A stretch of 64,000 nt of DNA, from the NCBI GenBank assembly GCA_030141605.1, contig JAQGDQ010002373.1, positions 95,921-159,920 on the forward strand. The letters run 5' to 3'. Below the pieces are notes generated by a model. That model did not search any database. It had not been told where the DNA came from and was given only the letters and a program-made list of their open reading frames with translations. Both the position numbers and the translations under genes were made by a program. The stretch comes from Tubiluchus corallicola (taxonomy: Eukaryota > Animalia > Priapulida). Of this stretch, positions 12,501 to 27,100 are shown in pieces; the stretch's first letter is position 1; every line of letters begins with the position of its first letter.

Positions 12501-15099
12501 GACAAAGTGTTTTGATATTTTATGCATGCCTATTCTTCAATTTTAGGTTATTAGTTTTGGCTAATTTGTTAATGCTCTGTATTAATGAGATCACTATTCA
12601 AGTCTCTTGCTTACCTACACATTTTCCTTTGATGTATTTTTAGTGGGGGGGGGGGGGCTTACTGGGGCTCAGGAATTGCAGGCAAACCCCATACATTATA
12701 TTGTAGTCATGTTTTGTCAGGTTTATGTGTCACATTCAAGAAGTTCTGGGAAAATCCAATTTTACTGTCCAAGCAGCCAGAAGCTTCCAAGGAACATGTT
12801 GAATTTGGAAAAGCTCGGGAAAATGACTTAGCGAGGCTAGCACAAATGTTTGTTTTACGTCGCACTCAGAGCGTTAATAATGCATATTTACCATCAAAAG
12901 GTAGGAAATTATCATCTACGATGCTCCATTATCAGCATCAAAAATAACTATTTTTTCCATACAGTAAAAGAACTGAAATAACATTACGTTTATCACTAGA
13001 AATTGAGGAGACATTCGTGTAATGTATATATTGAATCATGCAATGTTAACTTTAATTTTTACCGTTTACCTTGAAATTTTAGCTACTAATCTAATTTTTA
13101 AGAAAATTCATTAACTTCAGGTATTTGTTTAATTGTGCTGCAATAACTTTTTGTGTTTTGTGCTTTTTGTAAAAAAAACTTCTTAAAACCACATATGTGT
13201 TTCATCAATCATAAATAAGTTATTTTATAAATAATGGTAAAAATTAATGGTATGGTTTTAGTGGAAATGGTAATATTTTGTCAGCCGTCATCATTCCAAG
13301 TGAAAGTATATGAAGCCATCCTTCATTCACAACTTTTAAAACAATACTTGGATGACTACAACACAGGTAAATTCTTGATTTAAATTTAATTATGTTTTTC
13401 TTTATATGTCGATCTAAATTAATGTTCTTTTGAGTGTATTGGTGTATCGCATGTGTAAAAAATGCTACATGATTTAGCTATAGCTGCGTTATAATTAGTT
13501 AGGTAATACCCAACAAACAGAAGAATTTGTGTGTCAGTGTGCACAGGCAATTTATTTTTAAATTAAAAACATTTTAAATAACACTGTTGTGCATTTTGCA
13601 ACTTTATGAGGAAATTGACTCTCTATACTTGTATTTTGTATAGCTTAGCATTGAAAAAGTGTTAATTTATCAAAACACTACCTAATTTTCCACCTATAAA
13701 TCAAATTAAAGAAAAATGTTGATTGTTGTTCTATGATTATAATAATAATCTTACAATCAAGTTTATAAATAATTAATCATAATATTACACAGGGGTTAAA
13801 CAGTTGCACTTGGATTAATCTAGGCTGTAAATAAATTATAAAAACATTAATCTAATCAGTTAGTAATTAAGTGAAACTTTGTTTGAGTGAAACTTAGATA
13901 TGCTGCATTAATTGGTAATCTATTAAGATTTAATTAAGATCTGCCTTGATCACAAGGTGCTGTGTGGTCTATTGGTCATGACATTTGACCTGTTACTGTT
14001 AAACTTTTCCTTCTTCACTAGGTTGGTTTAAAAAAGTTAATACTTATTCTGTCCATCATTAATAATAATCTTGCAGTTAAAATTATAAAAAAATAATAAT
14101 GCTGTAGTAATGCTAAATTACATAATCATCTTTTTAACTTGATGCAGATTAATTTGCACTGAATTTATTAATTTTGTAATAGCTGATGGCAGAGTGCATC
14201 TAGCATGTATAGCAACACTCAAGAAACTGTGCAACCATCCTCAACTGATCTGGAAATCAGCTCAGAAAACGGAGCGACAGAGGTCCAGTGAAGAGGATAA
14301 CAATGAGGTAATTATATTGCGCAATGGCTGCCAAAACACTGTCATTACAGAAATAAAGCATTTGTGATGAAGTTTTACATTACCATCTTGATACTGCTGT
14401 TTTATTCTAAGATTCATATGAGAATTATTGAGTTTAAGTTTATTTTATCCAAACACGGTGATAGATGAGTGCCTAAGGTTAAATAATAGTGAGCTTGGCT
14501 AGTAAAAGGATAAGTGACTAACAGGAAAACTGCTTACAGGCAGCTTTATCTGACAAACTGCCCTAAGTTGTTTACCTTCTTTTCGGAATATATAAGTATC
14601 TAGAAGCATTGAGCCCTCAACGTAGTTCAGTGTCTCATCTTACAGGATCATTTATGAAGATGAACAAGGTTCTGGGCTGGCACATTTAGGCTTTGCCATT
14701 AATTGATAGTATCTTCGTATTACCTTGTGTTTGCCACGTTTAAAGTCATGCTTTTGGCAAGTTTGCACTTTAATGCAAAAATATCAAAAATATTCTTAAC
14801 TTGTGAACCACAAGTAATTTATGTATGATAACACAATTTCTGAAGAAAAGCAGTAATAAGACTTAAGCTTTACATAAAAAAACGCCAAAGAAAACATTGT
14901 GATTACTGTGGTGTTTATTAATTAGTTTGTTAACATAATAAAATGTGTGAGTGTATATTACACTTGGTGTTAATACTAAAACACAAACTACAAACCAGTC
15001 AAAATAAGACAAAACTTTTCTACGTGAATACGATATATGATAAATGTATTCGACATACTCAAACTCACTTTTTGAACTAAACACATGAAGGTAATGGTA

Positions 15100-15155
<56 letters not shown>

Positions 15156-15159
15156 GATG

Positions 15160-15197
<38 letters not shown>

Positions 15198-18100
15198 TAG
15201 TACTGTTAATGTATTTAAGTTAATCAGCATTTATTTTTATGTGTACAAAAGTTTTTAGGGTCGGTTTCCTGGGATTTGATTTAATATACATCATCATATA
15301 CATTGTAAGTTTACTTAGCAAATTAAAAGCACATGCACATCAGACACAGTGCACACTTAAATTATGTCAGAGAACAGCGAACATCTTTCGTGCTTAGGTT
15401 TCCAACATGTTCTATACATCTCATTTTACAATCATACTTCTAAGTACATTAAAATTATTTACATGTTCAATAACATAATTTTTCTAGTTCACAACATGAA
15501 TAACTGACAAAGTTACAAGTACATCTACGAGCAATACTATTTGTGCAGCTTGCACATTAAATAAATGGCACTAATGCTTGACAATATCAAGTCACATCGA
15601 GTAAATGGTACTAACATACTAGCAATAACATAACCCTACAATAATTTCATTCATATTTTATCAACTCTTAAGGCAACTTTAGCTGACAAATATACACGCA
15701 TCCATGAACCTTTCTTTAGGAAATCGAAGCAATACGAGATGTAAAACATAAAAAAAAGTGAATTGAATAATACTTATAGTTTGGAAGAGCAAATGTGCAT
15801 GCACCATAACGACTAACCTTGGATTTACACAGACAACACATCAGATTGAATTTACACATAATATTGAAATTACACACAGTGTTAGTGACACTAACTCTAT
15901 TACTAATACTGAGTAAAACAATACACTAATGTGATGATTTTTGGAGACTATCTCATCAATGCTTTCTGAGGTTGAAGCAGCAAGGACTTTATCATTCAGG
16001 TCACTTGGCTTCATGAAGCCCGTTATATATCACTTGAGCAGAACTAGAGCTGGGAATACCCAATTGCTAGCAAACGAAAAGCAGTACATGTAGCTCCAGC
16101 AACTTTTATCTTATAGATACATGACTTACATTTTTGCTGCAAGAAACCATAAATATCTTTGTATTCAAAATGTGACAAAACATCTGCAGCAAGTAACTCA
16201 TTTTACAAAGGTTTACCCAAAGCTTATCATGAGTTATACGATAGTCTTAACATGCTTCCATAACTTGTGCAACAAATATGGATAAATTACGCTACATTTT
16301 AATAAAGAAGTGGTGCAAGGTTCAAACAATTAAACAAAATTAGCAATATAGTACACTACACTGTGCAGTATAAGTATAAGTGAGTTTTGCAGACAATTTT
16401 GTAAATATAAAAGTTTTCATTAGCCACTTACAAGAAGTGCGACATTTCCTTCTTAATGGTGATAGCAGAACAGCCTTCACCTACTGTCTCTTTGTTGCTT
16501 TCACCCAAATATGGTGAAAGGTAAAACTCTTCTATGTTACATTCTTCAATACAGAAGTTAGCATCATCTACATTACTACCTTCTTCATGCACAGGGCTGG
16601 AGGTATCATCCTCCACAAGGGAGTAATCTAGGGGTTCTTGCTTAATAGGAATTTTGTCTAAAACTATTTCGTTTGTGTTATGCAAATAATTGAATTCAGG
16701 AGTTGGTATTGGGGCATCATTAACTGTCTGTGACATATTGCGCTGTTCTTGCAAATGAGGAATTCTTTGCACTTTGACACTTACTGACAATTCTTTTCCT
16801 TTATGGCATGCTATGTGCCTAACTAAATGTGCTTCCCTACTGAATGTACTTGGACAAAGATTACATTTGTAAACGGGTTTTGCACGATGAGAATACAGGT
16901 GATTTTTCAAATTCCACGAATGAGTAAACAATTTGTTGCACTCGGGACACTTGTGTGTCTTTCGTGGTTTGCTGGCAGTTCCTTTCACAAGTTGTGTTTT
17001 GTCACATATGGCAGTTTTGTGGGCCTCTTTGTGTTGTTTTAAAAGTGTCAGGAACTTGAAACTGGCAGCACATTGTTCGCAGTCATAATTCTTACTGGCA
17101 GTAGAGCATTTCTTAGTCTTACCAACTGAATGAGCACTTTGCTTATGTTGCAGTAGCTGTTCCTTTACTGAAAACTTTTCACCGCATTTATTACAAGAAA
17201 ACACTTTTTCCCTTGTATGAATCCTACTGTGTGCCCAAAGAGTTTTCTTTGTTTTGAAAGACGCATTGCATTTTGTGCACACATGAGGTCTGCCTTCAAC
17301 ATGAATTTCTCTATGATGACAAAGGCTACTAGCATTTTTAAAAACTTTCCCACACACATTACAAACATGTTCTTTACTAGTATGTTTGTGAATTTTCATA
17401 TGTATACGTAATAAATGTTTTGAGGTATAAGTGTTGTTGCATACATTGCACATGTGTTCTTTTTCTTTGTGAGTTCTCATATGTTCACGTAGTAACTGCA
17501 ATGAGGTAAATGTGTTGTGGCACAAGTTGCAACGCAGGTCTTCAAGTGTTGCATGTCTAACAAGCATATGTTTTGCTAATCCTTGTTTTGATTCATATTG
17601 TGCACTACACTGTGAACAAGGATACGGTCTATCAAATTCAATGTAGCCATCAGCAGATAATTTCTCTCTCTCATGTAATGCAGTATGAGCTGACAAAAGC
17701 GATGCTCTCTTAAACTTTTCGCCACATTGTTCACATGTATATGCACTTTCTTGTACATGACTTTCAGAATGTGATCTTAGTTCTTCCTCTTCACTAAAGC
17801 TTTGTAAGCACACATCACACTGATGCATGAGTGTAGGCTGGTGACATTTCATATGTGTTTTACGCGAACGTCCGTGACGGAATTCTGCATCACAGATTGG
17901 GCACTTGAAAGGCTTACTATCAGTATGGACAATTTCATGTGCTCGGAGATGTGTGGCCTTTCTAAATGCTTTTGGACAAGAAGTGCATTTAAATGGTTTC
18001 AACCTTGAAGCCGGGTTTCTGTGGCATTGTTGATGCCTCCTTAAGTGACTCAGCTGTCTAAAACTTGTGCAACACGTGGTGCACTCATACGGTTTTTCAC

Positions 18101-21100
18101 CAGTGTGAATTCGTTTATGAGACTGCAATGAAGTATGTGTTTTAAAAGCAGATTGGCAACTATTACATTGGTATGGTCGATCAGTTACATGTTTTACTTT
18201 GTGCGTTAATAAGTGTCTATGTTGTCGAAAACGCCTATTACACACGGTACACGAGTAAGGCTTTTCGCCCGAGTGAATCATCATGTGCAACTTTAGATGA
18301 CCATTTTGTGAGAACATCTTATGGCAGGTCTCACATTCATAAGGCCGTTCATTTGTGTGTGTTCTTGTATGGATCTTCAGCGTGCTCCAATGTCTGAATT
18401 GCTTATTGCATATCTGACACTGGTACGGTTTTAAATCTCCGTGAATCATCATGTGTGACCTAAGATAAGCCGGCAGCTTAAAAGCAGCTGAGCACACTTG
18501 GCATTGAAATGGTTTTACATCTGAATGAACTAACTGATGGTTTTTCAAATAAGTGGCTTGTTTAAACTTAGCACTGCATTGTAGACATGCAAATGGTCTT
18601 TCATTAGAATGAGTTATCTTGTGATGTTTTAACCCATCTTTTGACTTAAATGCTCTGTTACACACATCACATATAAAGGGCTTGATGTCAGTATGTATAC
18701 GACTGTGACTTTTCAAAGAAGTACCTGTTTTGAAAGCAGCACCACATACTGTACAAGGATATCCTCTGTAGTCAGAATGAACAGTCATGTGAACCTTCAA
18801 ATGTGCTGATTGTCGGAAACAGGCACTGCATGTATCACACTCAAAGGGCTTAGAATCAGTGTGAGTGATTTTATGTGATTTCAGCCCATTACGGGTTTTG
18901 AATGACTTACCACATCTTGCACAAATGAATGGGCGTACATCGCTGTGCACCTGTTTGTGAGAATTAAGAGCAGTAGTTGTCTTGAAAGCAGCACCACATA
19001 TCTGACATTGATGTGGTCTTTCATCAGTGTGCACTAGCATGTGAGTTCTTAAATTTGCAGGTTGTTTAAAGCATGCAGAACAGGTATCACATTTAAATGG
19101 TTTCAAATCTGAATGCCTTGTCTGCATGTGACACTTGAGATGTCCTGTTTGGCGAAACTTTGCATTGCACAGCTCGCATGAATAAGGTCGAATGTCAGTG
19201 TGTGTTCTTTTATGTAAGCGCAGTGCTTCCGGCAGCTTGAAATCTTTGGAACATATATCACAAATGTGTGGCCGTAAATCTGTATGTATCTTCTTATGCG
19301 AATTAAGGTAGGTATTTGTCTTAAATGATGCTTGACAAACGTCACAAGTCCATTTTCTTTCTTCAGAATGGACAACCATATGGCTTCTCAAGTAACTTGC
19401 TAATTTAAAAGAAGCGTTACATGTGTCACAGCTATATGGCTTCAGGTCTGAGTGAGTTGTCATATGTACCTTCACATGACCAATTTGTCTGAATCGAGCA
19501 CCGCAAATCTTGCAGCTATATGGCTTTTCTCCTGTGTGAGTTTTTTTATGAGCTCTCAAGCCTGTGGAAAACTTGAATGCTTTGTCACACAAGTCACAGG
19601 AATAGGGTCTCAGGTCAGTGTGAATACGTTTATGGGTGCTCAGAGATGTTGATGTTTTGAATGCAGCACCACACACTGCACAAGGGAAAGGTCTTTCATC
19701 TGAATGTACTGACATGTGAACCTTTAAATGGCCAGACTGTTTAAAACATGCATCACATGTGTCACATTTAAAAGGTTTTGAGTCAGAATGTGTAAGAAGA
19801 TGTATTTTTAAATGTCCTCCTTGTCGAAATCGTCTAAAACATATCTCACATTGGTATGGCTTCTCAGATGTATGAGTCTTTTTATGAGCTTTCAGCCCAT
19901 CTGTAAACTTGAATCCCTTGCCACAGATATCACAGATATGAGGTCTTACATCACTGTGTGTTTTTTTATGAATGGCTAGGTATGATGCAGTTTTAAAAGC
20001 TGATTCACATATATCACAAATGTGATTTCTCTCGTCTGTATGAACTGTCATATGAACTTTGAGATGAGCAGACTGCTTGAAGGCAGCTTGACATGTATCA
20101 CACGAGAAAGGTTTTTCATTGGTGTGTATTCGTTTATGGAGTTTCAATCCATCTGGTAACTTGAAATCTTTTCCACATATTTCGCAGTTATATGGTCTCA
20201 AATCTGTGTGAATTCGTTTATGACTAGTGAGGTAACTAACTGTTTTAAAAGCTGCCTGACATATATCACAAACGTGTGGTCTTACATCAGTATGCACAAT
20301 CATGTGACTTTTTAAATTGGAGGATTGCTTAAAACTCATACTGCATGTATCACATGCAAATGGACGTTCATCTGTGTGTGTGTATTTGTGTGACTTTAGC
20401 CCTTCTCTAGTTTTAAAAGCTTTGCCACAAGTGGAGCAGATATGAGGCTTAATGTCACTGTGAACCCGTTTGTGACTGTTTAATGATGTGGTTGTTTTAA
20501 AAGCTGTTCCGCATATGGGGCAACAGTAAGCCCGAACATCAGAATGTACTGTCATATGAGATTTCAAATTCCCGGACTGTTTAAAACAAGCATCACAAGT
20601 ATCACATTTGAATGGTTTTGAATCTGAATGCGTAAGCATGTGTGCTTTAACATGTGCAGTTTGCCGAAATTTCTGACCACATACATCACATGAAAACGGT
20701 CTTAGATTTGAATGTGTTCTCTTGTGAAGTTTCAGGGCATCAGGAAGCTTGAAGTCTTTTCCACACTGATCACAAATGTATGGTCTCAAATCTGTGTGAA
20801 TTTTCTTATGTGAGCTAAGATAACTAGACGTTTTAAAAGCAGCTTGGCAAACGTCACATATCCATGGTCTTTCTTCAGTGTGAACAATCATGTGGGTTTT
20901 CAAATATGCTGCCAACTTGAAGCTAGCACTACAAGTGTCACATTTATATGGCTTGAGATCAGAATGTGTAGCCATGTGAACTCGTACATGGGCAAGCTGC
21001 TTAAATGTTGAATGACAAATTTCACAAGCGTACGGTTTTTCATCACTATGTGTACGTTTATGAAGTTTTAATGCATCGGGTGTTTTAAAATCTTTTCCAC

Positions 21101-24100
21101 ATTCACAAATGTAAGGCCTTATATCAGTGTGGATACGTTTGTGACTATGAAGGTATGCTTGTGTTTTAAAGGAGGCTTCACAAACATCACAAGTCCATGG
21201 ACGTTCTTCAGTATGCACTACCATGTGGCTCTTTAAATTTCCTGCTTGCTTGAATTTGGCATGGCATGTATCACACTCAAAGGGTCTAGCATCTGTGTGT
21301 GAGTGTTTGTGTGACTTCAGTCCTTCTGATGTTTTAAATGCTTTTTCACATACGTCACAAATGTGTGGTTTAATATCACTGTGTATTCGTTTATGGCTGC
21401 TTAATGAAGTAGATGTTTTAAAAGTGGCCTCACAAATAGGACATGGATAAGGACGAATATCAGAATGTACGGCCATGTGGCTGCGCAAGTTTGCTGACTG
21501 TTTAAAACATGCATCACATGTGTCACATTTAAATGGCTTAGAATCGGAATGTATAGTTTGCATGTGACATTTAAGATGTCCTGACTGCCTGAATCTCATA
21601 CCACATAAACTGCAGAAGTATGGCTTCTCACCTGTGTGTGTACGTTTATGCAATTTCAGTCCATCAGGTGTCTTGAAGTCTTTTCCACATTCACAAATGT
21701 ATGGACGCAGTTCTGTATGAATACGCTTATGTGTGGTAAGATATGCCATAGTTTTAAAAGCAGAGTCACATATATCACATGTATAATTTCTTTCTTCCGA
21801 ATGCACCACCATGTGATATTTCAAGTTTGTGGATTGCTTAAATTTAGCATGACATGTATCACATTCAAACGGACGTTCATCCATATGACTAATCTGGTGA
21901 GATTTCAATCCGTCTGGTGTTTTGAAAGCATTGCCACATGTAGCACATATATAAGGCTTTATATCAGTATGTATTCTTTTATGACTGTTTAGAGCAGTAG
22001 ATGTTTTAAAAGCAGAATAACAAATATCACATGAGTACTTTCTTTCTTCACTGTGTACAGCAAGATGTGATTTTAAGTGAGCTGACTGCTTAAAACAAGC
22101 ATCACAGGTGTCACACTTATAAGGTTTAGCATCTGAATGGGTTAACATGTGTGCCTTTACGTGGGCTGTTTGCCGGAATTTTGCACCACATATATTACAC
22201 GAGTATGGTTTTTCATCGGAATGTGTCTTCTTATGTGCCTTTAAGCCATCGGGCAGCTTGAAATCCTTGTAACAAATATCACATTTGTATGGTCTCATAT
22301 CAGTGTGAATGCGCCTATGATTGGCAAGATAAACAGCAGTTTTAAAAGCTGATCCACAAATGTCACAAAAATGATTTCTTTCATCTGAATGTACAAGCAT
22401 GTGACTTCTGAGATAAGCAGCTTGCTTGAATCGTGCATGGCATGTATCGCACTCAAATGGGCGTTCATTTGTGTGTGTCTTTTTGTGAGATTGTAATCCC
22501 TCCTTAAATTTAAAAGATTTTTCACAGACATCACATTGAAATGGACGAGCAGTCGTGTGTATTCTAATGTGATTCTGGAGATAGTATGATGTTTTAAAGG
22601 CAGCTTGACATGTTGGGCATGCGTACGGTCGAACATCTGTATGCACTGCCATATGACTTTTCAAATTGCCAGCCTGTCGAAAACTAGCATGGCATGTATC
22701 GCAAGAGAAAGGTCTCTCATTTGTATGAATTCGCCTGTGAGTTTTTAATCCAACAGCAAATTTGAATGATTTCCCACATACATCACATGAATGAGGTTTA
22801 ATGTCTGTATGGATTTTCTTGTGTGAGTTTAATGATGATTGTGTTTTAAATGCAGCTCCACAAATTTCACAAGCAAATGGTCGTGATTCAGTGTGAACAG
22901 CCATGTGAACTTTTAAATGCGCAGACTGTCGGAAACGAGATTCGCAGGAATCACATTTATAGGGTTTCAAATCAGAATGAGTTCTGACATGCATCTTTAA
23001 ATGAGCAATTTGCTTAAACTGTGCAGAGCATTGGTCACAAGAATATGGTTTCTCGTTTGAATGAGTTCGTGCATGAGCTCGCAAGTTTGATGACATTTTA
23101 AAACCTTTTCCACAAATGTGGCAAATATGAGGTCGAATGTCTGTGTGAATTTTGCTGTGGTTATGGAGGTAACTGGCTGTTTTAAAAGTAGCTCCACATG
23201 TAGAACAACAATAGGGTCGTATTTCAGTGTGAACTAGCATATGGCTTTTGAGATAACCAGCCAACTTAAAACATGCTCCACACTGGTCACATGAAAAAGG
23301 TTTGTCAGCTGAGTGTGTTTTCTTGTGAGATTTTAGTCCTTCCGAAAATTTAAAGGCTCTGTTGCATACGTCACATACATATGGCTTCAGGTCCGTGTGA
23401 ATGCGCTTATGACTACTGAGTGAAGTTGATGTTTTAAATGCCGCACCACAAATATGACAAGGAAATGGTCGCACATCGCTATGAACAGCCATGTGAACTT
23501 TCAAGTGGGATGACTGTTTAAAGCGTGCATCACAAGTGTCACAGCAATAAGGTTTGTGAGTACTATGTGTAAGTAGATGAGTTTTGAGGTGAGGCTGCTG
23601 CTTAAAGCGTGCATGACAATGGCGACATTCATATGGCTTTTCATCTGTGTGAGTTTTCTCGTGCGCTTTCAATCCATCTGGTGTTTTAAATGTTTTTCCA
23701 CATGTACAGCTATATGGACGCAAATCTGTATGTATTCGCTTGTGGCTTTGCAAATAACTAAACGTTTTAAAAGCTGATTGGCAAATGTCACATACATGTG
23801 GCCTTTCATCTGTGTGAACGGTTTGGTGACTCTTTAAGTTTCCTGGTTGCCTAAAACTGGCACCACAAGAATCACATTTATATGGTTTCGAGTCTGCATG
23901 TATTGACAAATGAACTTTCAAGTGTCCTGTTTGTTTAAATCGCTTTGAGCAGATTTGACACTGGTATGGCTTTTCGTTAGAGTGAGTTCTCTTATGAACT
24001 GTTAGATTTGCAGCGATTCGAAAGTCTTTTCCACATTCATCACAAACGTGAGGTTTAAGATGGGTGTGTACTTTAATGTGGCTATTGAAGAATGATTCAG

Positions 24101-27100
24101 TTTTAAATGTAGCGAAACAAGTTTGACAAGTATAGGGTCTATTTTCGTTATGTACCATAATGTGATTTAGCAAGTCGGTTGATTGTGCAAATTCTGCACT
24201 ACAAGAATCACATTTGTATGGCTTTAAGTCAGTGTGTACTAAACCATGTTTTTTTAAAGCTGAAAGTTGCTTAAAAGATGCAGCACATATTTTGCAAGAA
24301 AAAGGTTTGTGGTCTGTGTGAGTGAACATGTGACATTTAAGATGGGCTCTTTGTCGAAAACGACTATTGCAAACCTCACACTTATATGGCTTCTCGCCTG
24401 TGTGAACTCGCAAGTGTACACTCAGATAGGTAGACTGTGCAAATTTCACTTCACATACGGGACATTGGTACTGTTTACCTTTACTAGTGCTGGTCACGTA
24501 CTGCGTCAAGTTAGTGCTTGCATTCACAACCTCTTCAAGTTCTTTTTTTACAATGTGAATTCTTTTGTGGACAGCTAAGCCAACTTGAGATTGAAATTTT
24601 TTTCCGCAAGTGAGACAATAGTGCATATTGTTCTTAGAATGTGACCACAAATGAATTTTCATGTGGCGAACCACTTTAAAACCGTTCTTACAAACGGGAC
24701 ATTTGTGGGGTTTAAGCCTAGAGTGACTAGTATCATGACTATCAAAAGCAAGCTTATTGTCAAACATACCATCAGTCTTTGCGTTTTTTGATGCATGAAC
24801 TTTCTGATGAGCTCTCAAATCGCTGTATAGGCGAAAATCTTTGCCGCATACTCCACATTTGAATTTCTTAGCCTGTGAATGCACAGCCTTGTGTGTTGTG
24901 AGGTATTCGCTTAATTTGAATCTTTTTCCGCACACATCACAAGAAAATGGTTTATCATCACTATGGCTTGCTACATGTCTGACTAGATGGTGGTGTTGTC
25001 TGAATGTTGCTTGACAAATGTGACAAATGTATGGCCTTTCGTTTGTGTGTATGCGCTTATGAACTTTCAGAGTTCCTCCATCTTTGAAGACTTTCTTGCA
25101 CGTGTCACACTCATAAACTCTTTCTCTTTTCTTCCCAAATGGCACTTTTCTCTCATTACTAAGATTTTCATTACCACTGCTGTGTAGTTCTCGCATACCA
25201 ATATTTTGGAAGTCAACATAGCAGCTTGAATTTGAAGTCTCGGCAACCATTTTTGTGTATGCTTCATATGACTTGTTGGTATGTGATGTTTGGTGGATGT
25301 CAAGTGTACTCATGTCACAAAAGTCTAGACCACAAATTCCACATTTATAAGGTTTTAGTGCCATGTGTACTTTTTCATGTACTAGTAACTCTGACTCTTT
25401 CATGAAAAACTTTCCACAAATGTCACAACAGTGCTCCATATCTTCACAAAAATCCATGTCTGCAGACTCCTGAATAGTAATAGCCTCGGCATGTGAATCT
25501 TCTACTTTGATTTTTTGCAGGCTTACAGTTGGAGTGTCCATTATGATAATTCCAGGACTTTGTGCAGTTACTGAATGCTTGCAAATGATATGAGTCTTCA
25601 GCTGTTCTGACGAATTACAATTGAAATCACACTTATCACACTTATATTGCTCTTTGTGGGCTTGATTATGCAGTAGCATGTGGCTTTGCAAGCTATATTC
25701 TCTGTGAAATCCACCTCCACAAACATCGCATCGGAAAGCCTTTAATGCACCAGAATGCACATTATTCACGTGTTTATTTCTGTTAGTGGATACTTTGAAC
25801 ATAGCAGGGCAAGCATTACACTCATACAGCTTCTTATACTGCTTCATGTGCTGGTCCAAGAGAGCTTTAGAATTAAAACTGTTTTTGCATACCCTGCATA
25901 TACTGGAATCCAAGCTACTGTTTTGTTGCTCAGGTGTTGATTTTGCCTTCTCATGAGCAGTTTGCAAATGCACATCCCTGTCTAGTCGACTGTGAAAACT
26001 AACTGAGCAGACATTACACTTAAATATCTTCAGAAGTGCTTTTCTTGGTGTAGTTGTTATATCTGCCGTTGGCTCTTTCGTCTCAGAGTGGGTTTTAATA
26101 TGTTCTTTAAGAACATCCGCTGATGAACATCTTGTGCTACACAAAAAACAGAGGTACTGGTTTTTCTTTTTTTCCTGTACAGGCTGTAATTTAGCAATAT
26201 GAAGTTTCATGTGCCGCTGCAAATTCTTCAGGGCTCTGTATGAAGCAGTACAATGTTGACATTTATACTTTTTAGGCACACCCCCATGCACATCACTCAT
26301 ATGTTTTTTAACTGTTGATTTAACTCCAAATCTAGCTGGGCAGAGTTTGCATGAATACATTTTTATCTTGTTATGAGTGATTTGTATGTGCCTTTTAAGG
26401 CTTGCTGTATGTTTAAATGCAGCCGGGCACATTCTACACTTTATTGATTTCTCATCTGTATTCCCAGCCTTCTTAATGCCATTCACTGGTATTTTGTCAA
26501 TACTGTCAGGCTTACTAGCTTGATCAGGCTTACTGGCTTCATCAGTTCCTGCTGTTGGGGTTTTTGTCGCTATTTTATCTATTCGCTGAGACTCAAATGA
26601 CTGCTGCTCATTTTCGTGAAGCCGAAGATGTAATGTTAAATTCTTCAAGGCTTGAAAAGAAGCAGTACATTTAGTACATCGATACTGTTTTGGTATTGCA
26701 CTATGAACAACTCTACCATGCTTTTGCAAATTAAAAACATTGGAAAATGAAGCTGGACAAATTCCACATTTATGGGTCTTTTGCAAACTAGCAGGTGGTT
26801 GTATGTAATTAGCAGCAACACTTTGATTGTCAGTTGAGTCCTCATCATTATGTTTCATAACCATGTGATTTGTTAATGCAGACAGTCTGTGAAAAGTTAT
26901 TTCACACATATGACAACTGTATAGTTCACTCACATGTAACTTAGAGGTGCTTACTTCATTTGCATAATGTAAACATTTTCTACCTTCCTGTAAGCATGTA
27001 CACAACTTCACAACGGCTGTCATTAATCCAAGATGTTCTTGTGAACTCAGAAGATTACTCAGTGATGCACCACAGTCGAGACATTCACACTGTTCATCAG

